In this document: positions 12,100 to 23,658 of the stretch, in pieces
Layout: every line of letters begins with the position of its first letter
How positions within the stretch are numbered: the stretch's first letter is position 1
Source: Antechinus flavipes
Lineage: Eukaryota
Length of the DNA stretch: 64,000 nt
Direction: 5' to 3'
Assembly (NCBI RefSeq): GCF_016432865.1
Contig: NC_067401.1
Span: forward strand, 39,432,001-39,496,000
The notes under the pieces: generated by a model
Databases searched by the model: none
What the model was told of the DNA's origin: nothing
Seen by the model: the letters and a program-made list of their open reading frames with translations, nothing else
Program-made: the position numbers and the translations under genes

Positions 12100-12654
12100 T
12101 CAAAGCTTTCCCTCGTCCAGCAGCTTTCTGAGGCCATCACAGATCTTGCTGAGATGCTGGGCGTAGCTGGGACTGTAGAGGGCGGTGAGCAAGCTGGGGT
12201 CCGAGAAGTGATCAAAAACCCGGCGGATGCGGCCGTGAGACTTGGGCGTGAGGTGGTGCTCCACCAGCTCCAGGAGGGTGTCGCGGCACTCCGTCAGCAG
12301 CGCAGTCAGCACGGCCGCCTCGAAGGTGAAGTCCACTTCGCCGAAGCTCAGGGCTGTCATGGCGCCCTGGCGCAGCTTCTGGCGGAAGCGGGCCGCCAGG
12401 GCCATCTCGCCGGGGCTAAACTGCTGGTTGCGGTGCAGCACCGCCACCTTGATGGCCACCTTAACCAGGTCCTTGATGACCCTCTGGGCCTCGGCCCGAC
12501 TGTGGGTGTATTCCTTGGACACCTTGTAAAGTTCATCCAGCACTTCGCTGCTGGTCTCGTCGATGAAGAGGTGCACCACTGACCGCCCGGCCAGCTTGCT
12601 CAGGACTTTCTTCTCCGCCTGCAGGGCGAGGTTCCTTGAGCTGAAGGGCTCCAT
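12100..12654 (-). CDS. TNFAIP8L2: TNF alpha-induced protein 8-like 2 (TIPE2), 184 aa, single coding exon
   Basis: MEPFSSRNLALQAEKKVLSKLAGRSVVHLFIDETSSEVLDELY...HLTPKSHGRIRRVFDHFSDP...GLRKLLDEGKL*. A 3' splice site CCCCTAG| lies 5 nt before the ATG (exon starts at 12659). Confidence 0.97.
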   Translation of the reverse strand: MEPFSSRNLALQAEKKVLSKLAGRSVVHLFIDETSSEVLDELYKVSKEYTHSRAEAQRVIKDLVKVAIKVAVLHRNQQFSPGEMALAARFRQKLRQGAMTALSFGEVDFTFEAAVLTALLTECRDTLLELVEHHLTPKSHGRIRRVFDHFSDPSLLTALYSPSYAQHLSKICDGLRKLLDEGKL

Positions 12655-14329
12655 GATCCCTAGGGGACCGAGACCCAAGGCCACGTTAAATATCAGTAGA
12701 AAAACCGACTTCCAGGTCCCCACAAGGGAGACAGGTGGCTCTCCTCTATCTCAGCTGTCCCCTTTCTTCATTTGGACCCCCAATTTCTTGCTGCTTTAGG
12801 GCCCTGTTCTAGAGATTCTGTACCTCCAAGGATAGGACAGAAAATCTAGGGGAAGGATTGGCGAGGCACTGAAGGGTCTCTGGGAAAGCAGCCCCCCATG
12901 GGGCTGAGCCTCAAAGGAAAGCCAGGTGGGGATGGGAGAGGAGGTGATTGGAAGAAAGCAGGTGACCTGGGACTGCTCCCATGTGCTCTTCTCAGCGCCA
13001 GGAGAAACCAGGGATTAGGATCCTCCCGAGGAGCTTAATCCTGGGACATATTCTGGGTTTTCATTTGGGGCCCCAGAGGCTGACCGGGTCCTAGAATTTC
13101 CCCCAAATAAGGCTCCCTGCCTCCAGTTTCTCCGGTGGTTTTGCTTCTTACTTCCCCCTCCTCTCCTCTACAGGATGTGGCCGTGACCACAGGGAGGAGC
13201 AGCCGCACCCTCTCCCCCTCCTCACTGGGGCAATCTGAAAGGGTGGGCAGATGAGTACCTGCAGTCCTGCACCCCAGCAGGCTTCATGCAGTCAGGACCC
13301 AGGTGTAGCGTGAGGCTCCTCAGTCCTGGGCCGGGCAGCTAGAGGCAGAAAGAGCCGTCCTTGTCACTCCTCCCTGGGTCCCTGACCTGTGTCTGTATCA
13401 TTCTCACAAGCTCAGGTCCCTGGGATCTCTCTCCGCTCCTCCCCCACTTGCCTCCTGGGTTTTCCCTGCCTTTCATCCCACCATCCTTCTCCCCTCTACT
13501 TTTTCTGCTCTCTAACCCTTTTTGGGCCCCATCTGTGCCCAGTTAACCCAGTTCTGCCCCCAAAGAAATTCCCTGGTGAGCTTGGTCCCGGATGTCACCC
13601 TTGCCCAGCAAAGACCCTTTAGCGTAGAAGAGCTAAGGGTGAAGGAAGCATTAACCCGTTGTGCCTTGTACCCCGTCCCCCATTGCCCATCCCTCACCTC
13701 AGCAGCCACTCTTGCCTTGGATGTGTCTGGAGAAGTGACAGAGAACGGAGAAACTTCAAGAGTGCCTGCCCTAGCGCCGCCCCCGGCCCCACCCTCCTTC
13801 CCTCTTCCCTCTTCTCTCTCCTTCCTCCACCCCCCGCAGACACAAGGGCTGGGACTCCAAGGACTAGAGCCCCCTGCCAATGATAAAGGAGAAAATCAGC
13901 AACTTTGGGGGGAAAGCTAAAGCCCTCAACCCCAATTTCTAAGGTATCTGGATGGTCTTTGTCTGTTTCTGTGTCTCTCACCCTTTCCCCCGCCCTGGTC
14001 TCCATCTCTATTTCTGGTGTTCTGCCTTAGGAGGTGGGGTTCCTCGTCAAGGAGGACTAGCCATATTCAAACAGGTGAGCATCCAAGGTGGTAGGGAAGG
14101 TTCAGAAAACAGCCCAGGTGTGTAAGCTTCCTTCTGACCCAGAATCCATTAAGGAACTCGTGGAATGGAGGGTGCGGGCCACGGCTTAGTGGGGTCCAGC
14201 CCAGCCCGGACCGCTTCTGACATGTTGCCTGCTGAGAGCAAGGGACGTGGGCCAGAGGATGGGCGCCTAGGGCCCTGAGCATTAGGGGGCCGGGCTTCCT
14301 TGCTCTGTGGGAGCTGTGGAGAGGGCAGC

Positions 14330-14700
14330 TACCTGAGCTGCGGGTGTAAGACCACAGGCGGTCAGCAGATGTCAGCATGATACTAAAAAACACAAAGCCA
14401 GCTCCAGAACCTCGGAGACTCAGCTGTTCCACGCACCCACTCAGCCCCAAGTGTGGGGACCACAAAGTAGCTCTCCCTGCCTCCAGATGACATTCAGCTG
14501 GGAATGGAGGGATGTAGCCGGGTAAGTACCACACAGGTTTAGGAGAGAGCAGGCAAAGTGCCCAAAGAGTACTGGGTGACAACCTCCCCCGGGGCTGAGT
14601 CTGAGAAGGGAGATGTCTAAAAATGGGAGGAGGAGTGTGCCCACAGCTGGGGATGGGGTAGGGGTGGAGGCAGCTGTGGCAGTCCAGTTTGGCTTGACTG
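14330..14700 (-). promoter_or_regulatory. Probable TNFAIP8L2 promoter/first non-coding exon region
   Basis: About 1.7-2 kb upstream of the coding exon. Three RUNX ACCACA sites, four CAGCTG E-boxes and a candidate donor CAG|GTAGCT at 14333. Confidence 0.45.
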
Positions 14701-15019
14701 GAAAGTCTAGGAAGAGGAATAATGTGGGAAAAGCCTGGAGTCACAGTGTAGAAGGCCTACAAACTGGGCCCCATGGGGACTTCCAGAGTTTGTATTTAAT
14801 CCAGATACCTGGAGATAATTATGCATATTCCTGTTCTTTCCTACCCCCACTGTCCTTTTCTAAACATTCCCTGTATCTTTTACAAGTTCTAAAATTTAAA
14901 AGAATAAATTTTGTGATTTGAAAAAATGAGCCATAAAAACAAAGATTCTTTTTATGGTTCTAGATAACCAAGAATTTTTGGTAGTATGTTTCAGAATATA
15001 AGTATTATAGGAGATTTGT

Positions 15020-15160
15020 TTGTTTTTCTGAGGCAACTGGGATTAAGTGACTTGCCCAAAGTCACACAACCGGGAAGTGTCAAGTGTCTGAGGTCAGATT
15101 TGAACTCAGGTCCTCTTGACTTCAGGGCTAGTGCTTTATCCACTGTACCCACCTAACTGC
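15020..15160 (-). mobile_element. Marsupial CORE-SINE
   Basis: ttaagtgacttgcccaaagtcacacaa...tttgaactcagg...tttatccactg...ctaactgccc is the reverse complement of the SINE head and core. Confidence 0.85.
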
Positions 15161-16443
15161 CCTGTTATAGGAGTTTCAGAAAGACTTTGGCTCCCTATTT
15201 TCTGATTCTAGCTCTGATTTTTCCCTTACAGATCAAACTTTCAGCACACCCATTTTTCTTTCAAAACATCCCTTTCCCATTCCATTTGATGTGACTCCTT
15301 ACCATCTCACGAATGGACCACTGCTATAGTCTTCTAACTGTTCATACGATAGCTTTTCTTTTTACAACTGTTATTCTAAGAAAGCCCTGCCTATCTTCTA
15401 GGATGGTTGTGAGTTGCAATCAAAAGAACCCGTGTGAATAATCTGTGTATAGTGCCCCTTCATCTTCTAACTTATCCTTGAATTGTGGGGTGGCTCCCCA
15501 GTGGGTGGTCATTACTTTCAGGTCATGGGGTACTCCCTACTTCTGCATTCCTGAAATGACTGGTTCACACGTGCCCCATAGGGAACTTGCCCTTAACAGT
15601 TAGCCAGTAGAAACAATTGGCATAGAATGGGATGGTAAAAATAAGCTCCACAAACCTAAGTTTTCTCTTTCACAAATAGTCCCAGAAGAGTGGAGGCAAA
15701 CTTAGGATACAGTGATAGGCGTACGCATAGGTAGGCCAAGGCAACTCATTGCTCAGGCACCTCACGGCCTCCCTTGTGCTGCTGCCATGTGGAAGCATCA
15801 TCTCTGATGGGCAGCTGCCTCCCTGTCCATCTTCCTTTCTGCAGTTCAGTTCTCAACTGCCAGGACTAGTTCCCAGGTTAATAATAGGCTCTCTTCTTTG
15901 CTGCCAGAGGTCACACTCCTTAAAACTGTTTCCAGCCTGGAAGGCTGCATCTGTGTCCGCATAGACAATGGATGTCTAATCCCTACTGGACGTGTCTCAA
16001 CTGTGCCTTGAGCTCTCTGACTGATGACTACTGCTTTCTGCTTGATGAAATGTCTCTCACTGGCCCATAGGTCCACTGCATAGCACTGTGACAAATGGGG
16101 TATAGAGAAAGAAAGAAAAATCTCTTCTTCTTTCTCTCTAGGGCTGTCGGTTCCTTCTTGGCCTGACTAAAAAATTGTCAACCTTGTTTTTAAGGGCCAC
16201 TAGGGGCCATTTTCACTATTTCCCAACAAATGGCTAAATTCCTCTTTCAACTCAGTTTTTTCATACTTTGTAAAAGAATGAGGGGGCTGATATACATCAC
16301 TAGTAAGAAACATGTTATCATCTTGTTCCCTGTATCCACTCATTGTTTTTACTGATTACATTCTGGACTAGGGATAGGGAAGGAGGAGTAGAAAACTAGG
16401 TCTCACCCTTTTCCTGTGTCAGATGGCTTTGTAGACTACAAAA

Positions 16444-16660
16444 GGGCAGCTAGATGATGCAATGGATGGAGTGTTGGGTTTGGAGTCAAGACATCTTCCT
16501 GAATGTAAAGCACTGGGCAAGTCACTTAACTCTTTGCCTCAGCTTTCTCATCTGTCAGTGAGCTGGAGAAGGAAATGACAAAAGCACTATAGTATCTTTG
16601 CCAAGGAAACCCAGTGGAGTCGTGAAAAGCCAGATACCTAAAGCAACTAAACAACAAACT
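16444..16660 (+). mobile_element. MAR1-type SINE (CORE plus RTE-derived 3' tail)
   Basis: gggcagctagatg...ctgggcaagtcacttaac...ctggagaaggaaatgacaaaagcac...agtatctttgccaaggaaaccc...aacaacaa. Confidence 0.8.
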
Positions 16661-17913
16661 ACAAAGCATCATGTACATGGAACATGGTGTTAGTAACTTC
16701 ATTGTAACGCCTATATTTAAGAACCAGCATAGTTTAGTGAATACAGCATTGGAATCGGGGCGTGGGTTGGAGTTCAACATTTTCTAGGTATGTAGTTGCT
16801 ACTTAGTTAAAACCTCTCAAAACTTCTGTTTACAGATCTGTGAAGTGAACATGGTGATACTTGTATCACCTGTTTCATGGTTCTGAAGAATTAAAGTTCT
16901 ATAATAAAGTAAGTTCAGTCTCCCAGTATTCCCTAACCAACGCATGACCACCATTTCTTCTGCGCAGCTATGACTGTGTACCTAGTAATGGAATTATGAG
17001 ATCATATATTTAGAACTGGAAGATGTGTTCCCAGCTTAGAGGTCTTCTAGTCCAACCCCCTCATTTTATAGCTGAGGAAATGAGATCAGAGAGACCAGGT
17101 CTCAAAAGTAGGAAATGGCGGCCTTTGAATCCAAAGCTAGCACTTTTCCATTGAATCATAATAGCTGAACTTTTATGAGTATTTTAAGGTTTGCAAAGTA
17201 CTTTAGATAAATGGTCTTGAAACTTGTAACAATCCTGTAATAATTATTCCTGTTTTGCAAATGAAGAAACTATACTTCAATGTAGATTCAGAGTTTTTTC
17301 TATGGTCACACAGCAAATGTCAGAGGCAGGATATGCACTCTACTCTGGTGCAATCTAAATCCAACATTCTATCCATTATAAACCAATTCACCGTATGACT
17401 TTGGGGAAACCAATTAGCTTCTGGGCTTAGTTTTCTCTTTAAAATAAAGGACCTAGGCTACATCACAGCATTTCTCAAAACTTTTCCTTGTAATAAGAAT
17501 AGGGATTTGATGAAAAAAGTATTGATGCTCTTGAAAGCTGTCAGGGGTACTCTTGCATGCTGACCACAACTTTTATCTCTCACACTCCACAGATCATTCA
17601 CCTCAAACCTTGTTCCACCTTACTGCAACTATGTCAGTGTCTTCCTACTCCATCCCCTGGGTTGGATAGCTATCCTCACAGCATTCATGATACCATCTTG
17701 TTTCACATTATACCCTTATCTCTTCCCACTGTCTCACCCTCTCATCTCCATCTTGCAATAACATCTAAATGTCTTACTACTTTTACATGTACTTTTGGTT
17801 TTAGCACACAAATCATATTCCTTCATACTGTGTTCCCAATCTGTTTTGCTCTCAGATTTCCCCAACTTTTTATTCTGTAGGTGTTTTATACTCTGAGATG
17901 AGTCCAGACCAGA

Positions 17914-17934
17914 ATATATATATATATATATATA
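17914..17934. repeat. (TA)n microsatellite
   Basis: About 10 consecutive TA units. Confidence 0.95.
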
Positions 17935-17988
17935 GGTCCTCTCAATAGAATTCATAGATAAATTAGGTTGGGAAATTGTGGTCTAGAT

Positions 17989-18176
17989 TTCAGCTTCTTA
18001 AACTGTAGTTCAAGATCACCTTTGGGATCTCAAAACAATGTAGGGGTTGTGAAATTTTGATTTGTTATCAGGAAATGGTTGCTTTGTATACCTATTTTAT
18101 AACCCTTTATACTCGGTCACATTAAAGTTTCTTGGGTGAAAAGGGGCCAAGAGTGGAAGAAGTTTAAGAAGCCCTG
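17989..18176. mobile_element. Non-autonomous hAT-Charlie DNA transposon (MITE)
   Basis: Terminal inverted repeats (TIRs) (c)agcttcttaaact...agtttaagaagccctg, flanked by gtctagat / atttagat, an imperfect 8-bp TSD fitting the NTCTAGAN Charlie target. Confidence 0.75.
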
Positions 18177-18647
18177 ATTTAGATGATCTCTGAAGTCCTT
18201 TTCAGCTTCAGAATTATCCCACCCCAGTGTCCAATTGTATATTCACTCCTCATAAGTTTCACTATGTTAAATGCTCATTTCATTCTGTATATAGCTCAAT
18301 CCCAATCTCATCTTTCCAGGAAACCCACTCTCCCATTGATCCTCCTTTTCTACATCATTAATAGCACTCGTCTGTACCCATCATTGAAAAGGTTCAATGA
18401 GTGAAATCATTGCTTCCTCAGCCATTCCTTATGATGCTTTGGTTGTTAGAAAGCCTTTCCTCAGGTGGAGGGCACACCTGCCTTTCTAAAACTTTCAACT
18501 CCAACTCTCAGAGTTTCTCTGTGGGGCAAGCTAAACAAGTCTCATCTCTTTTGGGGGCAACAATGTGATTCAGTGGATAAAATCTTAACTGTCACTGTGG
18601 AACTTTGAGGGGGTAACACATATGTACACTCTCCTCCCCCCCATTCT

Positions 18648-18980
18648 CTACCTCCTTTCCTCCCTCTCTTGCTGTCTGCATCTCTCCTCCCTCCTTCCCT
18701 CTCTCTGTTTCTGTGTGTCTGTCTCTATCTCTCCTCCTCTTTCCTCTCTCTTCTGTCTCCCTCTCTTTCTTTCTGTGTCTCTCTTTGTTCATTCTGTTTT
18801 TCTGTGTCTTTCCTCTCTCCCTCTCTCTCTGCCTCCTACCTCCCTCTCCCTCTGCCTCCTACCTCCCTCTCCCTTTCTTTCTCTCTTTTCCTTCCTCCCT
18901 CTCTCTTTTTCTGTCTGTCTCTATCTCTGTTTCTTTGTTCTTTCTGTCTCTGTCTCTTTCCTCTCTCTGTCTCTCTCTCA
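18648..18980. repeat. CT-rich low-complexity/simple repeat
   Basis: Degenerate (CT)n/(CTGT)n/(CTCC)n tract; explains the Ser/Leu-rich ORFs in the track. Confidence 0.9.
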
Positions 18981-19489
18981 CTTGTGTCCTGCGCTGATAA
19001 TTCAAAGAATTTGTTTCAAATTCCACAGCCTTTTGTATAGAAAGAGCTGAAGAGACTGGAACTTGGAGCTGATGGAAAGTGGGAAAGCCAAGATCATGCA
19101 GAGACAGAATTGATTGGAGAGTTTATTGCTTATCCTAGGAAAGGGGTTCTGGTTCTTTTTGAAAATGCATGTAGGTACCTTCATCAAGCATTTCATTTGA
19201 ACCAGAAGCTGGAGTGAGGGTAGACTACAGTCAGCTGCAAGAGCACTATTTCTCACAGAGAGCAAGCCCAGTGAACCCAAAAGTACCATGTTCTCTGCCA
19301 AAAGCTCTTGCCCAGTAAGAAGTCTCTCGGAGGAAATCATGAGAAGACATTGACATCAGGAGCCCTGGAAGCACTGGAGCTCTAAGTTGGTCCTGCACAC
19401 ATTCTCTGCATGTAGGTCCCATCATTTGTGATCATTCCTTTCATTTGATTCTCTTATATTCTCAGGAGTCACAAAAATCTCTATTTACT

Positions 19490-20480
19490 GTTGTGTATGA
19501 AAGGAAATAATATAAGGCAGGAATGGTATGTAGGGGGCAGATTGTAAAGAGCCTTAAGAACCAAGCTCTAGAGTTTTTATTTTATCCTAGAGGCAATTGA
19601 AATACATTGGAGACTTGAGCAGTATAGTAACACCTGTGTGTAAGGAAGATTATTCTCTATCAACAATTGAAAGGGGGAGATATTGGAAGCAGTGTGATTT
19701 AGGAGATTATTATAGTAGTCCGAGGGAGAAGTAATAATGGACTAAGCTAGAAGCCAGTAGCTATGTGAGTGTAAAGAAGAGGACAGATATGAAAGATCAT
19801 GGAAGTAGAATCTATAAAACTTGATAACTATTTGACTGTTGGTAGTGAAGAAAAAAAAGGAGAATCAGGAATGACTCCAAGGTTGCCAATCTATGTGACC
19901 AGAAAAATATGGAAGTTGGGAGGAATACTAGATTAGGGAGGAAGATGAGTTTGGGGAATATGAAATTTTAAATATTGATGGGACACCCAGGTTGAGATGT
20001 ACAACAAACAGCTGGCAATATGGAACTAAAGTTTAGGAGATCTTTTAGAGCTGGACTCATTTGATAGTCATCTGCATAGAGAATGTACACTGAACCATGC
20101 TGAGATCAACAAGAAATAAACTATAGACTAAGAAGAGGGCCCAAGATAGAGCTTTGGCACCCATGGTTAAGGAGTGGGAGGTAGATAAATCATGAACCAA
20201 CAAAGATCAAAAAGGAGCAGTAGGAAGAGAATTAGGAGAGATCAGTGTCATGGAAACCAAGGAAGGAAAGAATATCAAGAGCAGCCAAGAAAATATCAGA
20301 AATTTCAGAGGTCATGAAGGATGAGGAATGAGAAGGAACAATTTGATTTAGAACTTAAAAGGTGATTAGTAACTTGGAGAAGAGCATTTTTAGTTGAGTT
20401 GTAGGAGGGCTGGTTTTAAAGAGTTGAGAAGTGAAGTAAAGCAGAAAGAATAGAAATTGTGAAGAGAACAGTGAGCTTCT
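19490..20480 (-). mobile_element. LINE-2 relic
   Basis: gggggcagattgtaaagagcc...ttttatcctagaggcaat...gagctggactc...gatagtcatctgcatagag is the typical antisense L2 pattern. Confidence 0.7.
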
Positions 20481-20609
20481 CTTAAGACTGGACTAGGTTT
20501 TGATTATCCTGCAATACTGTGAAATTTACAGTTTACTGTGTTGCTCAGAGCTGTTCATAGTGTTAGGAACCCTCAAGTCCCCCGTATTGTGCTTATGGAA
20601 TTGTTATGA

Positions 20610-21700
20610 TGATTACAAAAACCAGCATAGCTTCATCAAGAGCAGATCTTGCCAGACTAATTTGGTTACTAAACTGATAGCTCAGGAGATTGCTACAGGG
20701 AGTTGACCTAGATTTTCGAAAAGCATTTGATACAGTATTTCTCACTATTTTTATGGAATACATGGAGAAGTATGACCTAGACCATAATACCAAGAGATGC
20801 ATTTGGAAATAGTTGAAATAACTAATCATAAAAAGTAGTCATTAATAGTTCAATGCCAGCCTGGCAGCAGGTCTACTGTAGAGTTCCTCCGGGATCTATA
20901 CTTGGCTTGTGCTATTAAACATTTGTATCGGTGACTTTAAGAGCTACAAAACAGTTTTGTTCTAAAGATCAGCAGTTAACACAGAGCTGAGGGTCAGCTG
21001 ACATATTGGATGACAAAACCTCAATCTGAAAAAAAAAAAGTTAGGTTAGAGTACTGGGTTGAATCTCAAAAGAATTCAGTAGGGATAGATGTAACGTCTT
21101 AAACGTGGTTTCAAAAAATTCACTTCTCATGTACAAAATAGGGGAGGCAAGGTTGGAAAGCATTTTGTCGGGGGATGAGGGAAGCCAAAAAGATCTAGGC
21201 ATTTTAGTGGTTGACAGGCTCAACATGAGTTAGCAATATGATGCACCTGCTAAAAAGCTACTAGCATCTTGGAGTAGACCCAGATCAAGGAAGCCATGAT
21301 GGTGAAAGACTTGGGGTTCATGTCATTTGAAGATCAGTTGGGTAAACTGGGAAAGTTCAGCCTAGAGAAGGCCATATATGGGGGGGTGGGAGGCTGGGGG
21401 CAGCAAAATTCAGATATTTAAAGGGTTCTTGTGAGAGAAAGAAATATTTGTTCTGTTTGATCCAGAGCTAAAGAACAATGGTCCTGATACCAGATGCAGG
21501 AGCAATAAGTACAAGTTGCAAGGAAGTAAATTTAGACTCGATGTCAGGAAAAACTTCTTAACAGTTCAAGCTGTTTAAAAGTAGGATGGGCCACCTTGAG
21601 AATTGTGGGTTTCCTCTCATTGAATATCTTGAAGCAAAGGTTAGATGACTATTTGCATGAATGCCATAGTTGGAAATTCTTTTGGGTACACTTGAATTAG
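20610..21700 (+). mobile_element. CR1/L3 LINE relic (reverse transcriptase region)
   Basis: Translates to NQHSFIKSRSCQTNL and LDFRKAFDTV (CR1 RT motifs). Ends with CR1-like 3' sequence ttagactcgatgtcaggaaaaacttc. Confidence 0.8.
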
Positions 21701-21831
21701 GCCCCTCCAATCTTAAAAATTCTGGTAGTTTTTTTTTTAACCCTTTACTTATATATGTGTTAGTTCTACCTTTGAAGGCTGTGGCAGCAAACGATAAATA
21801 GATTCTACTGTGATGAAAAGACTTCAAATAT

Positions 21832-22164
21832 TGTCCTAGAATACACAGGAGAGCTGTTGGAATATACAGGAACCACCTGACAGTGGCTGCCAGAGATCCA
21901 ATCCAGACTAGCAGAATGGATCTTCTCTTGTGAGAGGATGATACAAGGAGACTGAGAGGCAGTTGCTATTCTCTGACCTTTCTCCTCTTCCCTCTGCCTC
22001 CAATTTATCTCATTCCCAGTTCACAACGCCTGTGTCAGCAAAGGCTGCCCTGCAACTCCTTCAGATGTTATGATCCAATTTGGAAAATTGACCTGTCCCT
22101 TAACACATAGTCAAGCAAAATAAATTCTCCTATGCCATGTCCAAAATATGTGTCTCCTTATACA
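21832..22164. mobile_element. Possible second solo LTR
   Basis: About 330 bp bounded by TG...CA with LTR-like composition. No TSD found and family not recognised. Confidence 0.3.
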
Positions 22165-23658
22165 TCTTGATTCTATCACCTCTCTGTTAGGAGGTAGGTA
22201 GTATGGTATATTATCAGACCTCTGGAATCATGGCTGCTCTTTACATTAATCAGAGTTCTTAAGTTTTCAGAGTTTTTCTTTACAAAGTTGTTGTAGAAAT
22301 AGTTCTGATTCTTCTCATTTCACTATGTATCAGTTCATCCAAGTCTTCTAGGTTTGTCTAACTATCCCTTTCATCATTTCTTATGGCAATATAATATTCC
22401 ACTACATTCACATACCATAAATTGTTCAGCCATTTCCCTAAAGCCAATCAAGCCAAGCCAAAAAGCAATTATTAAACATTTACTACTTGTTGGGCACTGT
22501 GCTAACTTCTGGGAATACAAATACAAGCAAAAAGAAAAATGTACTTACTTTCAAGTACTTTATGTGGAGGAGAATAAAGGAAGATGACAGACTAAAAACA
22601 AATCTGGAAAGCAGGGATATGGCAACCCATATGAGGCATGGTAGATAGGACTAGATAGTTAGAAGTGGCTCCCAAAGAGAAATGAAGAAATGCTTGGTTT
22701 GGGCATTTTCCTTAAATGGCTTTACCTATGGCCTATAACTCCCAACTGATGTGCCTTTCTTTGGTTTCTGTTACTTGCCACTTCAAAAAGAGCTGCTGTA
22801 AATATTTTTGTTCGTGAGGTTTCTTTTTCACTTTGGGTGGATTGCCTATTTTCTGAGGACCAGCATAATTAGATATGAACAGCCTCAGCACCTTTAGGCT
22901 AAAAATGAGGTGATGTGTGTTTTGGTCATGGCAGCCCATGAAACAAACAAAAATACAAAAAGGCCCTTGGACCTCTTTTTGTGTTGACATTGCCAGTAAA
23001 ACACAGTTGACTGGCCCTCGTCTCTTAGGGGCAGTTCTATTTTGTATTTTGCTTTCCATGGGCTTCGTTATCCTGACGTAGTTGAGAATTCTTTTTCTTC
23101 TATTATTGGCTTGAGCCTTTACTAGCTTCCTCTCCCCCTTTTTTTTTGAAGGGCCCAGTGACTAATACTCCAGTTTCATTTAACAGATTATCTTTTACAA
23201 CGGAATATGAAATGTACAAATATTTCCTCCAATTCCATGCTACATAATCCCTTCTTTATCACCTATGTCCCCAGGCTGAGGAGTGGATTAGGCTCAGAGT
23301 TTAACTTTCCTATATAATATGTATTCTGCCAAGTTCATGTCCAAGTTGGCATGAGTATTGGCTTATGCTAGGTTTGAGCTCCAAATCCCTGGATATCCAG
23401 GGCCTTTCTGCTGGACAAGCTGCAACACTTGGATTCCTGGACTTCCGATTCCCCATGGTTTTTGCTCCCCAGAATATGTTGAAGTGGGGATTCCTTTTTG
23501 GGTTAGAGTAGATGACCATCAACAACTATAATTCTTTGAATTTGTTAGGACTGGAAAAGAAGTATCTATAAAATAAATCTATTCAATCTGAGACTCAGAG
23601 ATACCCAAACTTTTAAAATTCTTAATTGAAGTTCTTTAGGTCAAGCTTGATCCTATTC

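Noticed and set aside
11866-12582. 238-aa ORF on + opposite TNFAIP8L2
   Set aside because: Antisense shadow of a high-GC3 coding exon, with no recognisable domain or own promoter.
16195-16210. CTCF-like GGCCACTAGGGGCCA
   Set aside because: One G short of the AGRKGGC core. Similar near-misses occur elsewhere in the window.
18622-19050. Ser/Leu-rich ORFs resembling membrane proteins
   Set aside because: Translations of a CT simple repeat.
23387-23402. Perfect 16-bp palindromes CCCTGGATATCCAGGG (here) and GCAGAGACGTCTCTGC (62583-62598)
   Set aside because: About one 16-bp palindrome is expected by chance per 64 kb, so two is not a meaningful excess.
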